In this document: positions 28,662-38,902 of the stretch, in pieces
How the letters are laid out: each line of letters opens with the position of its first letter
Position numbering within the stretch: the first letter of the stretch is position 1
IMG/VR virus record: IMGVR_UViG_3300011189_000401
Span: 1 to 56,887 of that record
Direction: 5' to 3' (one strand)
Length of the DNA stretch: 56,887 nt
From: a virus
Lineage: Duplodnaviria; Caudoviricetes
Notes under the pieces: generated by a model
Seen by the model: the letters and a program-made list of their open reading frames with translations, nothing else
Told to the model about the DNA's origin: nothing
The model's database searches: none
Position numbers and translations under genes: made by a program

Positions 28662-31600
28662 TTAAGCCTGGGTCACCTTCACAATACGCCCTGCAAGTTG
28701 ACCAAAGGCGAGGTACATATCCCCATCTGGGTCCACCTCGATTGCGTTTACTTGCTCGAACCCTCCAAATGAGTCTACACCGAAGGCGCCGTCTGAGTTC
28801 CAGACCGTTGAACCATCTGCCTTAGAGAGTCGGGCGAAAACAACAGAGTCCGATCCACCACCTGCCACCAAATCATAAGTGCCCACATACACGTCACCGT
28901 GCTTGTCTACCGCCAGCTTAGATGGAACCATGCTCACAGTGAATGGGTCAACAGACCAGTTAGGAGTCCCGGAGGCTGAATACGTGTAGGACTTAGTGGT
29001 GTCAAAGGAAGTAATCACGCCTGTATCGTCGCCCACATATACGGCGTGCGCCGCTCTGTCTACCACGATGGTGGTGATGGTGCCACTGACTGTCCCGAGT
29101 AGAGTAGTGGCACCTGTTTCACGATCTACTTCCCATACTCTATCCATACCGTCTGCGAAGAACACCTCTCCTGTCTCAGACACAGTGATGCAGTACGCGG
29201 AGAAGCCACTGTCTACGTCGATTGGCCACTGACCCGTTGTAATCTCTTCCAGCCAGCTGCCATCACTTGTCGGCTCGAACTTCCTGATAACGGTATCGTC
29301 TATTACGAACAGTTCCTCATCTCCGAGTGTGCTTCCACGCTGGGGGAGCCCATTCTTGTTCCAGACAGCAAACTGTCCTTCACCGAGGCCATAGTTTGCA
29401 ACGGGGACCGCAAAGTGTCCTTCTCCGCTGGCGTCACTGGCTCCAATCGTTCCGTCTTCATCCAGGTAGTAAACAAGAGCTTCAGGTGACAGATCTTGAC
29501 CGGAATTATCGGGGTCTACAGTCACAGAATCAAGCTCCAGAATAGGCCACCCCGAGTTATCGTATCCCCAGAATTCACCCGTCGTTACCACCGTGCCATC
29601 GAGGTCCATCCTCTTGACGCTCTCGCCGTCTGTAAAGGCCAAGAACAGCGTTTCAACTCCATTTTCCTCGCGACTAGTAAGAGTCATTCCTTTGATCGGA
29701 TCGTTGATGTCGAGCAACACCGTCTGCGTAATGGTTGCGCTGGGGAACCCAGCAGGTTCAGAAACAGTGATGGTGGCCGTCTCCGTGCGGCCAACCCTGT
29801 CCACAAAGTCAATCTCGTACTCTCCGTTGTAGCGAGGCGTGAGGATGAACGCAACCTCCCCGGTGATCATACTCTTGGTGAAAATCCACTCCGGGTTGTA
29901 CTCTCCATCTGCGTCATAACCTCTGACATCGAAGTGGTTGTACTCTCCGGTATCAGCGGTGATAGGCATGGAGTTGTCATACGTCACCGTACCCCCTTGT
30001 GCGTCCACACCCGTCACCGTTACTTTCACCTCGTTCAGTGTGTTGACCAGCGATGGGTAAGAAAGCGTGTAGCCCACGATTCCACTCTCTTCGACAAACA
30101 CCGTCATGCTTCTGATATCTGTGTACCCAGCGGTATTAGTCGCCTTGCACTGGACGGTGTAAGTCCCTAAGTCGTTGTACGTATGAGAGATGGCATCGTT
30201 CGTCGATGAACCACTCTGGGTACCCTCTCCGAAGTCCCACTCGTATGAGAGCGTGTCGCCCTGTGGATCGGTAGCGATGACTGAAAAGGTCAACTGTGTT
30301 CCGGGGAGGATCGTCGTTTTGTCAACCGAGATACTTTCAATTACTGGAGTCTTAGCCTTCTTGGTAGGGCTCTTGCCTACAGTCCAATCATGATCAATCA
30401 AGGGGACTTCGATCTCCTTGTAGATCCCATCTGGATCTGAAGAGAAGCCTCCTTCGACCGAGACGTAACGCGTCTCGATACCATCTGTGTGAGCGATGAC
30501 CAAGGGGAATGGCTTCTCTAGCTCGAACATCGAGTTTACCGAGTAAAACAGACGACCGTACTCTTCTGACTCCGGTGGCAGATTGTCAGCCGTCAGCGTG
30601 ATATGAGTGGCCACGCTGCCCTGATACGAAAGCTCAGGCATCAAAAATCCAAAGTCTGATTCCACGAGACCAAAGTTGCTGAACATCTCAGACTCAGATT
30701 CCACGATACAATCAGACCAGTCAATCCAACGGCCAAACACAGCCTCTCCAATCGAACGCCTTGCGGCAGACCCCGGACTCTTGAAGCGGATACCCATGTG
30801 CGTGTGCGCCGATGTGGTCATTCTTTCAGGTACATCAAACGAGGCTGCACTAGCCATCAGGTAAATCTTGTAACCGGAGGGAACCGAAGGAGAGCGATCG
30901 AGCACAATCACTGAATCGAAGCTCTCCTTGATGAGATACTGAGCGTCCCAAGTATTTGTGTCCGGGTTGTGAACCAGTATGCTGTAGCCCTTCAGGGCTC
31001 CTTCTTCAAAGGACTCTTCGATTGTCATACCTGTCCCTTGTGTGAAGCCGGTATGAGTCAACTCCACAGAAGGGAACGTGTATGAGGACACATCGGTGTT
31101 AGACCAACTGGTACCATCGTAGTTGCCGGTGATTAGGTCGAAACCGTAACAGCCCGTCAGGTTGATCATGCTGAGGCAATCGAAGAACTCCATGTTGGAA
31201 TTCTCGAAGACAATCTCTTCGTACCCCTTGTTGGTGTCGAAACGATCTGTGAAGTCGAAGATGGAGTTAGCCATCCCGTTCACAATATTGCCGATGTAGT
31301 TGACACCCCTTGTCGGGCCGTACACAAACTCGTCACCGTCTACCGAAGGAGATCCTCCCCCGCTGAACAAGACCGTGCTACCGTCTGCTAGCTCCACGGT
31401 GTCGCTGTACACCTCCATCCAGTCTACGTCGTCGAAAGCAGATACGTGACCTCGGGTGGTTCCTTCGATATCACCATCTGGTTGCCTGAGCCTCGTCGAT
31501 GTGAACACCGGTTCGTACAGCGGCTCGGTACTGATTTGGATGTCCCCGATGCCAACCTCGACGCCGCCATACCCGTTGCTATCCATGAAGCCGAAAGAGA

Positions 31601-34010
31601 TCTCACCGTTGCCAATCGGAAAGTCACCTGTGTCAGTAAGTTCCTGGGAACTCGGGGTCCATGTGTCAGATCCTAGCTCTCGCCACCACATCATCAACCG
31701 GTCTTCGTTAAGAGACACCATACTTCGACCGTAGTGTAATAAAACCTGATACCCCTTGGTCTCGTCTTGCTCACTGAACACAGTTCCCAGCTTGGTAGTA
31801 CCAGCCGAGTCATAGACCTCTAGCGTGCCCCCATAGGTCATCCTGAGCGTGTAGTCACCTATCTCAGCGATCTTGATGTCACCTGAAGATGGTGCGCTAC
31901 TAAAGTCGCGAAGCTTGAAATTGAATTTGATCTTGTAATGGCCGTAGATACTGCTACTTGAGCGATCCCACGCCGAGAGTAGCCCGGAGCTTCCAGACAT
32001 GGTACCATAGACGTAGTCACCAGAAGACGGTGCCTTGCACCAGTTGAACAGTTCTCCGTCAGCGTCCTCTTCCCACACAGTGTAGGAATTCGCATTCTTG
32101 TTCTGCTCAAAGCCCCACGATGTATGAGGAAGGATGAACCGAGAGGTGTTGAACTGATAGGGCTTAACCTCGGTTAAATTAGCGACAGGCGCTGAAACAG
32201 CGTACCCCTTCAGGGAGGACTTCCTCAGATATTCCTCCCTCTTCGCGGTGAATAAGTTCTGTCCCCTGTAACCGCACGCCGTAAGGTCGTGGAGCACAAG
32301 GTCAATGAAGCCGGTATTCTCCTGAACTCCTTTGGTCTGCATGCCTGAAATAGACCTGTTGACCGGGCTGGAGCAAAAGAGGTAGCGTTCGTGAAACTTC
32401 CCTCCAAACCCGACTGGAAGGACGTCGCTGCTCCCGCCTTTGATGAGGTTGTAATCCACAAAGGTGAACTCGCTGTGGACCATTAGTACGTCTTGCCGGT
32501 TAGGCGGCTCATTACCACCCCTTCCGCACCTCAGAAGCATGAGAAGGCTATTCTTTGTCCTACCGGGGATAACGGATACATCCTCGACCTTGAATTGATC
32601 ATTCGGCATCGAGGGCATACCGTTTCTGGCCCCACCGGATGTCCTGCCGGGCTTGATCTCCCATGAGACACATGGCTCCCAATTCAGGAAGTCACCGTCG
32701 AGGGTCTTCAGGCCCATCAGATAATTTGCACTATCGAGGTTTGTCCTAGTGGAATACGTGTCGGGGTCGCCTCCTTTTAGGATGACGAAGCTACCCATTT
32801 GTTCATCGAAGTACAGATCGAAATTGACACTGAATACGCCGTGATCTCTTTCGGCCTGAGTCATATACTCAGTAGGAGTGAAGTAAGAGAACAGACCGAC
32901 GTAACGATCGGACTCCGCGTATGAATAGTCACTACCGATTCTTGAGAACTGAGCGTAATGACTCTGATTGGTCTCCAGCGACAGGCCACGATCGTATGAC
33001 ACAAACGTTCTCATGTCTCGCAGCTGAGTCTTATCTGAATCGTCCCACTTCGTTCCGTAATAGACCAAGCACAGGGTGTCTGCACCAGCGGCTACTCTAA
33101 GTCTGAAGCCGTGATCCCCATAGGAGCCAATTGGATGGAGTTCGTTTGAGATGGAGTCGCTATCCGGCCTGTCGTAATCCACCCCGAAAGACCCGGTGAC
33201 CTCTTGAGACGAGTTCACCCACTCCACCATGTCAGGATCTGAGGTCTTCCATGTCGCGATGTAGTTCTTATCGTCTACACCCTCTTCGTCGATCCTCTCG
33301 ACGTAGCGGTATGCTACAATCAGTTCATCTCCTAGGGTACACATGTCTGGTGACCCGTGCTGCAACGTAGAGTCGCTGGCCGTCGTCACGCTCACGTCAT
33401 CAATAGGGATGTCGTTGAACTTCCTGACCAAGTCGAACAAATCTGTCTGCTCGTTGTGCCGATATAGACGAACGTGCTGCTTGGACGAATCCCTTGGGTC
33501 TACCATCTCACCCAAGAATAACAACTCTCCTTTGTGCGAGTGAAGCCGGGGGTTATCGATCGATGCCATCACAGACCCGTCGTCATCCCCGGACAGTTTC
33601 AGGCGTCTGTAGTCAACAACTCCTTTGTTACTCTGACCAAGAGTGCCGCCTTCAGACCTCTTCCCAAAGGAATACTTCAGGTCGAAGGGGTCACTGAAAC
33701 TTGACGGCATGACTCCCGACAGGTCGTCTTCCTCGATGTCACTAAGGTCGTCGAAACGGAACCCACTTTGGACAAACGAGCGTGGCTTGACTCGGCGTCG
33801 ATGATCCCCCGCGATGGGGAGCCAGTCATTCTTGCCCTTGAACGTCATATATGTAGGCACCACTCGGCTCAACTCGGACCCCGGAACCACGACGGTGGCG
33901 TCATAGGGGGTACTCGAATCCAGGGGTTGCAACTCGTACTCACCATCGTAAAACTCTTCTTTGTTTACGATGTCGGTTTCAATTGGGTGATTGATGGATA
34001 GTCTTTTCAT
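28662..34010 (-). CDS. large tail-tip protein with PKD domain and C-terminal beta-propeller-like repeats
   Basis: 1782 aa; ATDPQGDTLSYEWDFGEG...HTYNDLGTYTV (PKD); AVD.HGDVYVG-type repeats. Confidence 0.65.
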   Translation of the reverse strand: MKRLSINHPIETDIVNKEEFYDGEYELQPLDSSTPYDATVVVPGSELSRVVPTYMTFKGKNDWLPIAGDHRRRVKPRSFVQSGFRFDDLSDIEEDDLSGVMPSSFSDPFDLKYSFGKRSEGGTLGQSNKGVVDYRRLKLSGDDDGSVMASIDNPRLHSHKGELLFLGEMVDPRDSSKQHVRLYRHNEQTDLFDLVRKFNDIPIDDVSVTTASDSTLQHGSPDMCTLGDELIVAYRYVERIDEEGVDDKNYIATWKTSDPDMVEWVNSSQEVTGSFGVDYDRPDSDSISNELHPIGSYGDHGFRLRVAAGADTLCLVYYGTKWDDSDKTQLRDMRTFVSYDRGLSLETNQSHYAQFSRIGSDYSYAESDRYVGLFSYFTPTEYMTQAERDHGVFSVNFDLYFDEQMGSFVILKGGDPDTYSTRTNLDSANYLMGLKTLDGDFLNWEPCVSWEIKPGRTSGGARNGMPSMPNDQFKVEDVSVIPGRTKNSLLMLLRCGRGGNEPPNRQDVLMVHSEFTFVDYNLIKGGSSDVLPVGFGGKFHERYLFCSSPVNRSISGMQTKGVQENTGFIDLVLHDLTACGYRGQNLFTAKREEYLRKSSLKGYAVSAPVANLTEVKPYQFNTSRFILPHTSWGFEQNKNANSYTVWEEDADGELFNWCKAPSSGDYVYGTMSGSSGLLSAWDRSSSSIYGHYKIKFNFKLRDFSSAPSSGDIKIAEIGDYTLRMTYGGTLEVYDSAGTTKLGTVFSEQDETKGYQVLLHYGRSMVSLNEDRLMMWWRELGSDTWTPSSQELTDTGDFPIGNGEISFGFMDSNGYGGVEVGIGDIQISTEPLYEPVFTSTRLRQPDGDIEGTTRGHVSAFDDVDWMEVYSDTVELADGSTVLFSGGGSPSVDGDEFVYGPTRGVNYIGNIVNGMANSIFDFTDRFDTNKGYEEIVFENSNMEFFDCLSMINLTGCYGFDLITGNYDGTSWSNTDVSSYTFPSVELTHTGFTQGTGMTIEESFEEGALKGYSILVHNPDTNTWDAQYLIKESFDSVIVLDRSPSVPSGYKIYLMASAASFDVPERMTTSAHTHMGIRFKSPGSAARRSIGEAVFGRWIDWSDCIVESESEMFSNFGLVESDFGFLMPELSYQGSVATHITLTADNLPPESEEYGRLFYSVNSMFELEKPFPLVIAHTDGIETRYVSVEGGFSSDPDGIYKEIEVPLIDHDWTVGKSPTKKAKTPVIESISVDKTTILPGTQLTFSVIATDPQGDTLSYEWDFGEGTQSGSSTNDAISHTYNDLGTYTVQCKATNTAGYTDIRSMTVFVEESGIVGYTLSYPSLVNTLNEVKVTVTGVDAQGGTVTYDNSMPITADTGEYNHFDVRGYDADGEYNPEWIFTKSMITGEVAFILTPRYNGEYEIDFVDRVGRTETATITVSEPAGFPSATITQTVLLDINDPIKGMTLTSREENGVETLFLAFTDGESVKRMDLDGTVVTTGEFWGYDNSGWPILELDSVTVDPDNSGQDLSPEALVYYLDEDGTIGASDASGEGHFAVPVANYGLGEGQFAVWNKNGLPQRGSTLGDEELFVIDDTVIRKFEPTSDGSWLEEITTGQWPIDVDSGFSAYCITVSETGEVFFADGMDRVWEVDRETGATTLLGTVSGTITTIVVDRAAHAVYVGDDTGVITSFDTTKSYTYSASGTPNWSVDPFTVSMVPSKLAVDKHGDVYVGTYDLVAGGGSDSVVFARLSKADGSTVWNSDGAFGVDSFGGFEQVNAIEVDPDGDMYLAFGQLAGRIVKVTQA

Positions 34011-37000
34011 TCCGAACTCCTGAGTGTCATCTCAAATTTGTAATACCTCTCTCCGTCATCATCTAGCAACGGAGTGTACGTCGCCCCATCTTCAATGAAG
34101 CATTGGTAGACCTTCTCTTTGTAAGCTCCATTGTTCTCTAAGACCCACACGGCCTTGCGGCTCACACCTACCTCTTTGACCACGGATTGCAGCTTCGACA
34201 GCGTCTTCGCGTCAGTAAGGCTGTACTCTAGCTCAAACTCTTTTCTGAGGCTGTACTTCTTGGGGGTGTAAGGTTGCTCGTCAAACACGAAATTGACCTC
34301 AGTCTCTGCTTCCTGAGAAGCCCCGGTGCCTGCGTCATGGCCGTATTTCAGCGGGACCGACGAAGAACGACCGAAGTCAAACGAGTGCAGCTTGAACTTG
34401 CCTTCGTGAGTATGATAGGGATCAATCCTTATGCCGAGATACCTGTACCCAACGGGGTTATCGAGGACCAACGCTCCACGGTCTGCGAAAATCTCAGCCC
34501 GCTCTCCTTCGAACTTGTAATCGGCATTGGTATCGACCCAGATCGTAGAGCTAAACGACGAGGCGATCTTACCAGCCTTGTTCGCCGAAAGTGGATCAGT
34601 TCCACCTAGGTAGTGAACGAACTCGGAAAAGCGACCTTCCTCGAAGTCTGCCCTGTCAATCTTGATGATACTTCTGTTGACCGAAGGGTAGTTAACCGGG
34701 GTTAATAGATTGCCTGTCTCATACTTGCGAAGGTCGAGGGTATCCACATCGGTCCAGTTGTCACCGATGTTGTTTTTGCCAACAATCGTCACCTCGGGAA
34801 CGTTAGCGCCCGTGATGATGAAGGTGTCAGCCTCAAAGGTCTCAAGACCTGAGTCCTGAGCGTCTGCCCAGATGTGAACAGGTGTGTCGTCTGTGAGCGT
34901 CGTGTAATATCCGTGGACTCGATCCGTCTGAATGTCATGAGTATTTGACAGCACCTTCCTGTCTAGCATCCACCTATCGCTGTCAGACGAGACTTCTCCA
35001 GAAAAGAAGAACTCGAACCCATTTGGCCAGTGGTAGGTGTCTGACACCTTGCTACCCTGTCTTCCCTCGGAAACCCTGTAGGAGTAAACCGGCTCTTGAC
35101 CAGAGTGGCTAAACAGTTTGACATCATTGAAGTCTCTCCACTTCTCTCCATCAAGGACGATTTCCCCGCCAACTCCGACTGCCTCCCCGTTATTCTGTTC
35201 TCCATTAGCGAAGCTCTCATCAAACCCGATTACTTCGCTCAACAGACCGGGAGTCCTGAGTAGTCCCCATCCCATCTCGTGCAACAGGACTGCGTCGGTG
35301 TTATCAACTGTTGAGTTATCAAAGAAGCATGCGAACTCCGTGGCGTGATCGGCACCCGGCGCGCCAATAGTTTGAGCAACGCCGGTCCCCCTCTTGCTAA
35401 CAGCTTTCGTACGGAAGTCATAGGCATGAACGCCCTGAGACCTGTTCGCGTGCTCATTCGTCTTGACGAAGAAGATAGCCCTGAACCTACGACCTCGATC
35501 CTGAGCGTTGTCGTGGTGCTGCACTACGATATGGAAGTCCCGGATATCGGAAGCCCCGAGGCCACATAGTGTACCAACTGACGTCCAGCCTCCATCTCCA
35601 TCTCCGACTCGGCAGTCTACTTGCTTCCCGTTGTAGACCATCCTGCACCTAGCTTCTGTGTGCAGATCTGGTTCCCACTCCTTGACCGCCGTAGCCTCGA
35701 AGATGAAGTTGTTTGCAAAGTAGGTCTCATCCCCTTCTCGCTGCAACCGAGCCGAGAACCTGTAACCAGTAGGGGCCTTGTGCATGCGCTCGCTAACGGC
35801 ATCCAGCTTTCTGGACACCTTGGCTTGATGGATGTCTACGCCATCGTTGTAGCCATTCTCGATACGAGCGGAGTGCCATGTATCGGGATAGGGTCCATCA
35901 ACATGCTCTACCAAGTAGTCTGTATCGTCCTCATACTCAGGCAACCAGACCTCATCCAGTGGCACCCCGAAAGGCGCTTCGTCCTGCATGCAGCTTTGGT
36001 AGATCAACGGATACCTCTTAATAGCGTCCCCAGGTCTTGGATCTTCTGTGCCCAGCGTAGCAACGAGGTAGCCGTCGTCGAGCGTCAGGTGGGCAGACTC
36101 GATACCTAACCCACCGCCGTCAGCCTGCTGGTATGCGTTCCAAACCGGAAGGGTTTGAAAACGGTACAGATGCCCTGAGAAGCGAGCGTAGTCACCGTTT
36201 ACCGCCGTAGTGCCACGGCTGTCACCGAAGTTTGCTCCCTCCCATCTGTCACTCCCTGTGTTGGGGATATAGACCAGCGGCTCTTCTACAGCTGGATCAA
36301 TAACAGCTAGCTCACTGGTTCGCGGCGGGAAGTCTGCCGGAGCGGTAGGATACACGCCTCGTACGGCCAACGAGTAAATCATTCCGTCTGCGCCGTAACA
36401 TGCTGACAATGACTTCAGGTGTGTATACTTCTGGGCATCGTGTCCAACATTTCTGATACCTCCTGAATAAAAGTCGAAATGTCTTGGCAGTGCGACCTCC
36501 CTCCATTCAGAACCGCTGCCAGAAATGATCATGGGGGCGCGATTTCGCTGGTTCAACATAGCAACAAGGACTTCGTCTCGTGATTCATCATACTGCGCCC
36601 GCAGATAAGGGAAGGACGCGGGGTGAGTCGGATGATCCATGCTGGAGTTGATGTAGGACTCGGTGAAAAGCTCATCCATGCTGTACCCGTGGTGGTACAG
36701 ATTTGTAAGAGCCTCAGCCCCGCTTGTCGACTGGATAAACGAGCTTGACACCGGGGAGTAAATGGTGTCCCGACCAGTCTTGAACTCGAAGCCACTCATG
36801 TCGGCACCTTCGGTTGTAAGCTTGGCCGCAAATGTCAGGGGCTCGGAGGAAAGATCTGGGCTCCAAGCCTTTTTCTCGTCAAACTCAGGTGTGAGGATGA
36901 AGTGAACGTTGTCTTCTATTCTTACGGCGTCAAATGCGTTGATGCCAGCGCTATATTCCACGATGTAGCTAGGAAACCTCAGTGACTCCCGCGCCGAGAA

Positions 37001-38842
37001 GGTACCTGCATCAAGATCCAGAACCTTGTAAGCCAACTCACTCGACCGATTCTCCCAGACGTTGTAATCGTCCATCGCCTCGTAGATAAGAGCGACGTTC
37101 CCGTCTAGCGTCTCAACTGCTGCCAGACTGTCACTCCTGAGAGATACATCCAGCGCGCCTCCCATGTACGGTGTCATCGTGTTGTTGCAACGATCGTGAT
37201 GGAACACCACTAGCTCAGCCCTGTACTCCTTGACCTCGAAGAACATCTTGTGGTCTCGAAGACCTTCTGAGTAGTTGCCTTCACCCTCGGGGGTCGCCGA
37301 TGCTGACTCATCGCTGTCGTACCGACTGAGCATGTCAGGCATCGCTGACAGCATGTGGGAGCCTGCTGAACTCCAGAACACCTTGGCATCCGCGTTGGAC
37401 ACGGTGTAGTAATAAACACCCTTGTCCAGTGTTCTGCTGGCAGGAGCAGATGATCCAGTCGGGTCTGAATCTATCACAGCGCCCGTATCAGCACGCCCAA
37501 GCTCCCATGCGGGATCTTCCGAGCTAATAGGGTTGAACCCGAAGTAAATCTGTCTGGACTCAAGGGGCGTGTAGAGCACTCCGTAATAGACCCTATCACC
37601 GCTGTCCATCTCCAGCGTTCTCAGAAACTTGATGGTCCTGTCAGACGTGAACGAGGTACCCAGGTCGTGACTGATACGGCTGAAGTCAAAGTTCTCACCG
37701 TATTGCCTGACACTACCGTAGCCGTCGTTGAGAGCTTCTTCAACGATGAACTCCATCTTCTCGTCGCCCCGCCTCGGAGACGACGCCCTGCCAACACCTT
37801 TGCCACCGGTTGCCTCGACGAAGAGCTTGCTGTCATCCATAGCTGAGCCGTCACATACACACTCGTTGTGCATCTTGACGTTGCCATTGAAGTATTCAGC
37901 CTCTTCGCCAAATTCCTTACATCTGAGATCCGACTGAGCGTCGTCATACAGTTCCTCTACAGGTGATACCGCGAACCTCAGCGGGTCTTCGCCGATAGGG
38001 AGGTCTGTGAATTCGACCTCTGCGGTAGCGGTATCGGTTTGACCTAGGTTAACACCGGTTCCCCATAGGGTCGCCTCCATCGTTCCGGGGTAGGCCGGAA
38101 ACACGTCGTAGTAAAGAGTGGTGCCTACCGATGATGCGAACACCGGAGCCGTGGACGCGTTTCTGGAAGGTAAGTCCAAGTAAGGGATAGCCCTGAACAT
38201 ACCCAGCCTTATCTTTACCTCAGCGCTAGACTGAATGGCCAGCGCAGCATTCATCTGTGTGGCTGTGAATTTAGCTTCAAAAGCCTTGGTAAACTCACCA
38301 TCCTTAACGAACCCGGCCACAAAGTTGCCGCCACCCTTGATGACGATGCGACAATCAAAGCCTGGATCGTCTGAGTAGAAGGTCTTAGTGGTGTTACCCC
38401 CTGCTTCCTCGAACTGGACCCTGAGTTCATACTGGCTTAGATCCATGTCATAGGAGGCTCGGAATTCCAGCCTCTCACCAAACCCTCCTTCATCGAGGGT
38501 AAAGTTTGCATATATGTCGGTGCCACTACTAACACTTATGGGCTCATAGGCCCCCAGATACATGCTAAGCTCTTGACGGTCGTCCTGCACGTTGTAAGCC
38601 GTAGGATACTGCCAAACGGCTGAGTCTAAGCCTCCGTGCGTCTGAAGGTGAAATAGACCACCTCCAAGGGAAGCTACCGTGCCAGATTGCGATGAGAGGT
38701 CAAAGACCCCTTGGTTCGCTACATCCACAAATTCAGTGTCATGGGATCGATCATGTAGTTCCTGATCACTGGTCACCTTGATGTGACCGCCATCAATAGG
38801 AACGATGTTCGTTGTCGGGTAAACCTGACTGCGTACTTTCAT
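34007..38842 (-). CDS. large tail-tip/distal tail protein
   Basis: 1611 aa immediately downstream of the tape measure gene; AAGGAGG RBS. Confidence 0.6.
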   Translation of the reverse strand: MKVRSQVYPTTNIVPIDGGHIKVTSDQELHDRSHDTEFVDVANQGVFDLSSQSGTVASLGGGLFHLQTHGGLDSAVWQYPTAYNVQDDRQELSMYLGAYEPISVSSGTDIYANFTLDEGGFGERLEFRASYDMDLSQYELRVQFEEAGGNTTKTFYSDDPGFDCRIVIKGGGNFVAGFVKDGEFTKAFEAKFTATQMNAALAIQSSAEVKIRLGMFRAIPYLDLPSRNASTAPVFASSVGTTLYYDVFPAYPGTMEATLWGTGVNLGQTDTATAEVEFTDLPIGEDPLRFAVSPVEELYDDAQSDLRCKEFGEEAEYFNGNVKMHNECVCDGSAMDDSKLFVEATGGKGVGRASSPRRGDEKMEFIVEEALNDGYGSVRQYGENFDFSRISHDLGTSFTSDRTIKFLRTLEMDSGDRVYYGVLYTPLESRQIYFGFNPISSEDPAWELGRADTGAVIDSDPTGSSAPASRTLDKGVYYYTVSNADAKVFWSSAGSHMLSAMPDMLSRYDSDESASATPEGEGNYSEGLRDHKMFFEVKEYRAELVVFHHDRCNNTMTPYMGGALDVSLRSDSLAAVETLDGNVALIYEAMDDYNVWENRSSELAYKVLDLDAGTFSARESLRFPSYIVEYSAGINAFDAVRIEDNVHFILTPEFDEKKAWSPDLSSEPLTFAAKLTTEGADMSGFEFKTGRDTIYSPVSSSFIQSTSGAEALTNLYHHGYSMDELFTESYINSSMDHPTHPASFPYLRAQYDESRDEVLVAMLNQRNRAPMIISGSGSEWREVALPRHFDFYSGGIRNVGHDAQKYTHLKSLSACYGADGMIYSLAVRGVYPTAPADFPPRTSELAVIDPAVEEPLVYIPNTGSDRWEGANFGDSRGTTAVNGDYARFSGHLYRFQTLPVWNAYQQADGGGLGIESAHLTLDDGYLVATLGTEDPRPGDAIKRYPLIYQSCMQDEAPFGVPLDEVWLPEYEDDTDYLVEHVDGPYPDTWHSARIENGYNDGVDIHQAKVSRKLDAVSERMHKAPTGYRFSARLQREGDETYFANNFIFEATAVKEWEPDLHTEARCRMVYNGKQVDCRVGDGDGGWTSVGTLCGLGASDIRDFHIVVQHHDNAQDRGRRFRAIFFVKTNEHANRSQGVHAYDFRTKAVSKRGTGVAQTIGAPGADHATEFACFFDNSTVDNTDAVLLHEMGWGLLRTPGLLSEVIGFDESFANGEQNNGEAVGVGGEIVLDGEKWRDFNDVKLFSHSGQEPVYSYRVSEGRQGSKVSDTYHWPNGFEFFFSGEVSSDSDRWMLDRKVLSNTHDIQTDRVHGYYTTLTDDTPVHIWADAQDSGLETFEADTFIITGANVPEVTIVGKNNIGDNWTDVDTLDLRKYETGNLLTPVNYPSVNRSIIKIDRADFEEGRFSEFVHYLGGTDPLSANKAGKIASSFSSTIWVDTNADYKFEGERAEIFADRGALVLDNPVGYRYLGIRIDPYHTHEGKFKLHSFDFGRSSSVPLKYGHDAGTGASQEAETEVNFVFDEQPYTPKKYSLRKEFELEYSLTDAKTLSKLQSVVKEVGVSRKAVWVLENNGAYKEKVYQCFIEDGATYTPLLDDDGERYYKFEMTLRSSE

Positions 38843-38865
38843 TTATCCTCCTTAACCCAGGTTAA

Positions 38866-38889
38866 CCCCGCTGGCCGAAACCAGCGGGG
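38866..38889 (-). terminator. GC-rich hairpin with UUCG-containing loop after the tape measure gene (weak terminator or processing site)
   Basis: CCCCGCTGG-TTTCGG-CCAGCGGGG on the minus strand; no long U tract. Confidence 0.5.
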
Positions 38890-38902
38890 CTACCCATCGT
38901 CA

